This document shows positions 61,201 through 64,000 of a DNA stretch of 64,000 nucleotides, piece by piece; position 1 is the stretch's first letter; every line of letters starts with the position of its first letter. The stretch comes from Hormiphora californensis. Taxonomy: Eukaryota > Animalia > Ctenophora. The position numbers were made by a program, and so were the translations under genes. The stretch is taken from NCBI GenBank assembly GCA_020137815.1, contig CM035357.1:2480001-2544000 (forward strand). The letters run 5' to 3'. The notes below the pieces were generated by a model. That model ran no database searches and was not told the origin of the DNA. It saw only the letters and a list, made by a program, of their open reading frames with translations.

Positions 61201-63802
61201 AAAGGGCCACACCTAGAACAAATGGGTCACCACACACCAAAGTTAAAATTAAAATTAAAATTTGACGTTTTTGGTCATAACTCTCCCATTTCTTGGCAAA
61301 ATTGCTTCATTTTGTGCTTTTTGGAAAGAGGGCATCGAGCCCGTTCTAAAGAGCTCAAGAAACTTAAAATCGGCGCAAAGTGCGCGGCGTTAAGGCGCAT
61401 AATGTGCGTGTTAAAATTTTAAAATTTTAACGCACACATTTTGCACTGTAACGCCGCGCACTTTGTGCGGATTTCAAGTTTCTTGAGCTGTTCAGAACGG
61501 GCTCGATGCCCTCTTTCCAACAAGCCCAAAATGAAGCAATTTTGCCAAGAAATGGGAGAGTTATGACCAAAAACGTCAAATTTTAATTTTAATTTTAACT
61601 TTGGTGTGTGGTGACCCTATCGAGAAAATATGTGCTGTAATCGGGAAAGATAAGAGAGAGATAAGTGGAGATAAACATAACAAGATAGAGAAAAGGAGGT
61701 AGAGAGAGTTCGGTATTAGTGAGAGGAAGATATTTCACAAAAAATTACGTGTTTTTAGCTTGTTTTGAAGGTTTTTTATTGATTGTTCAGTAAGAGGCAC
61801 CACATACACTCACTGTACTGAAGTTTCCACCGACAGTATGTGGTGCGACGTTCTGGAGTTCGCACCGGTGCTGTATGTGGTCCCCCTGAGCTAAGCTCAC
61901 GTGAGATTGTGTACTGATAGTTCCACCGATATTTATCAGTAAGAGGCACCACATACGGCAGTGCGTACTGGAGTTTGCACCGAAAGTGTTGTATGTGCTA
62001 GTGAGAACTGAAGTTAGAGGCACCACATACGGCGGTGCGAATTTCAGTACAGTGCTGTGTGTGGTCTCCCTAAGGAATACTGGTGTATTTAGCACGGCAC
62101 CTACCTATATTATAAAACAATGGTATTTAGCATTTTAGCAAGGTCTCCCACTTGTATTATAAAACACTGGTATTTAGCAAGGTAGCTCCCACCTATATTA
62201 TAAAACACTGGTATTTAGCAAGGTAGCTCCCGTACCTGTGTTTTAGTGCCACTCCAAGTTGAGGTAGTCAGCTCCAATGTAGGATCTCCCTTGGTAATGT
62301 TCTGGTAAAGGAACGCCTCCCCATCACCATACAGACTGTTAGGTGTGGAGACAACCACCTTATCTGAGGAGGGGGAGGATCTAACGAATTTATAAGATAG
62401 GAATTTTAGAGGCTGATGAGTGCACTACACAAACGGTACGTCTGCGTACCGTGTTCGAACATCGTTTCTCCACTACAAGCGGCCTTATAATTGACCGTAC
62501 CACAGAACAACCGCCCCTAGCTACCATAGTTACCGGTATTTGAAGCAATACTGAAACCAGCGAGACAGTACCCAAAAGCGTAGTTAGTACCTGTGCTGTG
62601 ACAGGGAGACAGGTACTTTACATGAGTCGAGAGGTCACGTGATATGACGCTACATCTCCCTATTGGTAACCTGTATGCCTGGAATGTACAGTGCATTGAG
62701 TCACTTATCAAGGAACACAGTGTGAAAGTAACAAGAAGATTTGAGGGGACTCGGAGTAATTTAGGTGGTATTTCAGTATGCTGGTTTTACTAAACACTGT
62801 TACTATAATCAGCAACGTGTCGGGAGGGATTGGTGAGGGAGGGAAACTTACAAACTGTTTTGCTTTATAATGATCAGTGTATAGATATCCACATGCCACA
62901 ACTGAGTCAGGGGTGGAGGTGAGTGTCGCCCCTAGAAACTGGTTGTCTTTCGTCTCAGTTATGAAGGAGTAAACCTATAATGGTAGTTAAGGTGTGTCAC
63001 GTGATGCCCATATATGGAGGTGAGTGTCGCCCCTAGAAACTGGTTGTCTTTCGTCTCAGTTATGAAGGAGTAAACCTATAATGGTAGTTAAGGGGTGTCA
63101 CGTGATGCCCATATGCATATGTATTGGGTGATAGCTGAACCAAGTGGACGTGGTTATAAAGTTTTTGTTCCAAAATCTAAAGAGATATCGAATCACGCTT
63201 TATCTTTTTTGAGGGGTGGAAATTGGGAAAGATCAGGTAGTCGAACACCCAGCGATACCCCTCGATCTTATCTAAAACATAGTTAGTTAGTTTTGAAGTT
63301 AAGAGGTTTCATGACGCTCCATCCTTCCCCGGTTCTGACAGCTAAAAGTAAAAGTAATTCTACTTTTAGTAGTCAGGGCTTCTTAAATGAAACCTCTTAA
63401 CTTCGAAACTCTAATAACCAATGGTGTTTTACTAAAAGTTTTAGTAAAACACCATTGGTTATTAGACGATGCAAGCAGCTGCAGAGATTATCTCTTTACT
63501 GTTGAAGAAGCTGTCAGTGTCAGCTGCGTCGCACTGACCACTCACATGCGGATCGAGAACAGGGGGGCTTTATAACCAACTAACCATGCTGTGGTTACCT
63601 GCTGCACTATCAGGCTAATGCTCTGGCAGTACCTGCTGCACACTGCACAGGAACAAAATATTCAGTTGTTGAAAGATCTCTCAATCAATATACCTTATCT
63701 CCACTGTCGAAGGAGTAAACATTGTTATCTGACTTATCAAACATCTCAACCCATTCACTACACTCTACCTCCTTCTTCACCTCGCTCAAGTCCAATGAAC
63801 AC
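49300..63802 (-). CDS. Integrin alpha chain (5' end outside the window); multi-exon, e.g. 63802-63697, ~62975-62852, ~60100-59835, 59497-59327, 54207-54014, 53862-53731, 53123-53019, 49383-49300
   Basis: FG-GAP/Ca-binding repeats GEHFGHSLACGDLNNDGIDDLVVGSP and GHFGASLSVEGDLNSDGIVDLVVGAPY; KDNQFLGATL..VVACG; TM LWIILSSVIVGLLILLLIVYILWK spliced to RGFFKS. Confidence 0.92.
49882..51833 (-). mobile_element. 5'-truncated LINE with internal RT deletion; ORF 51777-50131
   Basis: GKSPSLD, NYRAITL, QQGF, FVDYRKAFDSV, YLG and C-terminal CRFC..EHVITTC; (TTCTA)n tail; 8-bp TSD TACTAGTA (49874-49881, 51834-51841). Confidence 0.88.
51888..53007. mobile_element. 1.12-kb foldback element with TAG...CTA termini and 3-bp TSD (Academ-like)
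   Basis: AGA|TAGTCAGGGCATATGATG...CATCATATGCCCTGACTA|AGA; central ~320-bp-arm palindrome at 52022-52673. Confidence 0.8.
53308..53781. repeat. 69-bp minisatellite spanning an integrin exon/intron junction, ~7 copies
   Basis: ACTTAC (minus-strand GTAAGT) recurs ending at 53454, 53523, 53592, 53661 and 53730. Confidence 0.95.
54648..55894. mobile_element. TA-flanked TIR element with an internal AGGGGCCTCT/AGAGGCCCCT satellite
   Basis: TA|GGGTAGG.GGGGGTAATTCGGGTCA ... TGACCCGAATTACCCCCTCCTACCC|TA; repeated AATTCGGGTCA subterminal motifs. Confidence 0.85.
60854..62070. mobile_element. Harbinger-like element with ~200-bp TIRs containing a palindromic MITE (61224-61617)
   Basis: TTA|GGGGGACCACATACAGCACTG ... 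CAGTGCTGTGTGTGGTCTCCC|TAA; inner GGGTCACCACACACCAAAG...CTTTGGTGTGTGGTGACCC. Confidence 0.8.
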
Positions 63803-64000
63803 CTGAAGTAGTTAGCAGGATTTAGGGTGGAGTCAGGAGTGGGATGTAGAGAATTCATGTAATCTCTGAATGAGAATCGAGCAGACAGGTCTATGAAAGT
63901 TTTAAAAGTGACTTGATTCTCTCAAAAATGAATAAATCGAAGTTATACGAGGGTCGGGTACAAGCCAGACAAAGACTTCAAGTTCAATTAGTTAATTACC

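Overview
Repeat-rich animal genomic DNA, most likely a ctenophore (inferred from the style of the GPCR, the repeat families and a spliced-leader-like sequence). Five intron-containing host genes can be rebuilt from splice signals and reading frame. (1) An ankyrin-repeat gene (-, 23995 to 5279 or below). (2) A rhodopsin-class GPCR (+, 11430-14858) nested in the ankyrin gene's 15.5-kb intron. (3) A SMUG1-family glycosylase (-, 28170-24780) with substituted catalytic and base-recognition residues, plus a truncated second copy (38785-37587). (4) An SLC22/MFS transporter (-, 44465-40831). (5) An integrin alpha chain (-, >63802-49300). The rest is mostly mobile DNA. The most striking item is an intact I-group-like LINE (28619-34878, 12-bp TSD, (TAA)n tail). 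Its 5' end starts with AAACAAATTAATTTGAG, which matches the 3' end of the ctenophore trans-spliced leader as I recall it, suggesting a retrotransposon that gets its 5' end by SL trans-splicing. Also present: an ORF1-only retroelement with tail, TSD and a visible empty site; a second, RT-deleted LINE; a tRNA-Gly-derived SINE; a minimal hammerhead ribozyme; a family of 42-80-bp TIR elements with 9-bp TSDs; many MITE/foldback elements; and several minisatellites built from splice junctions.
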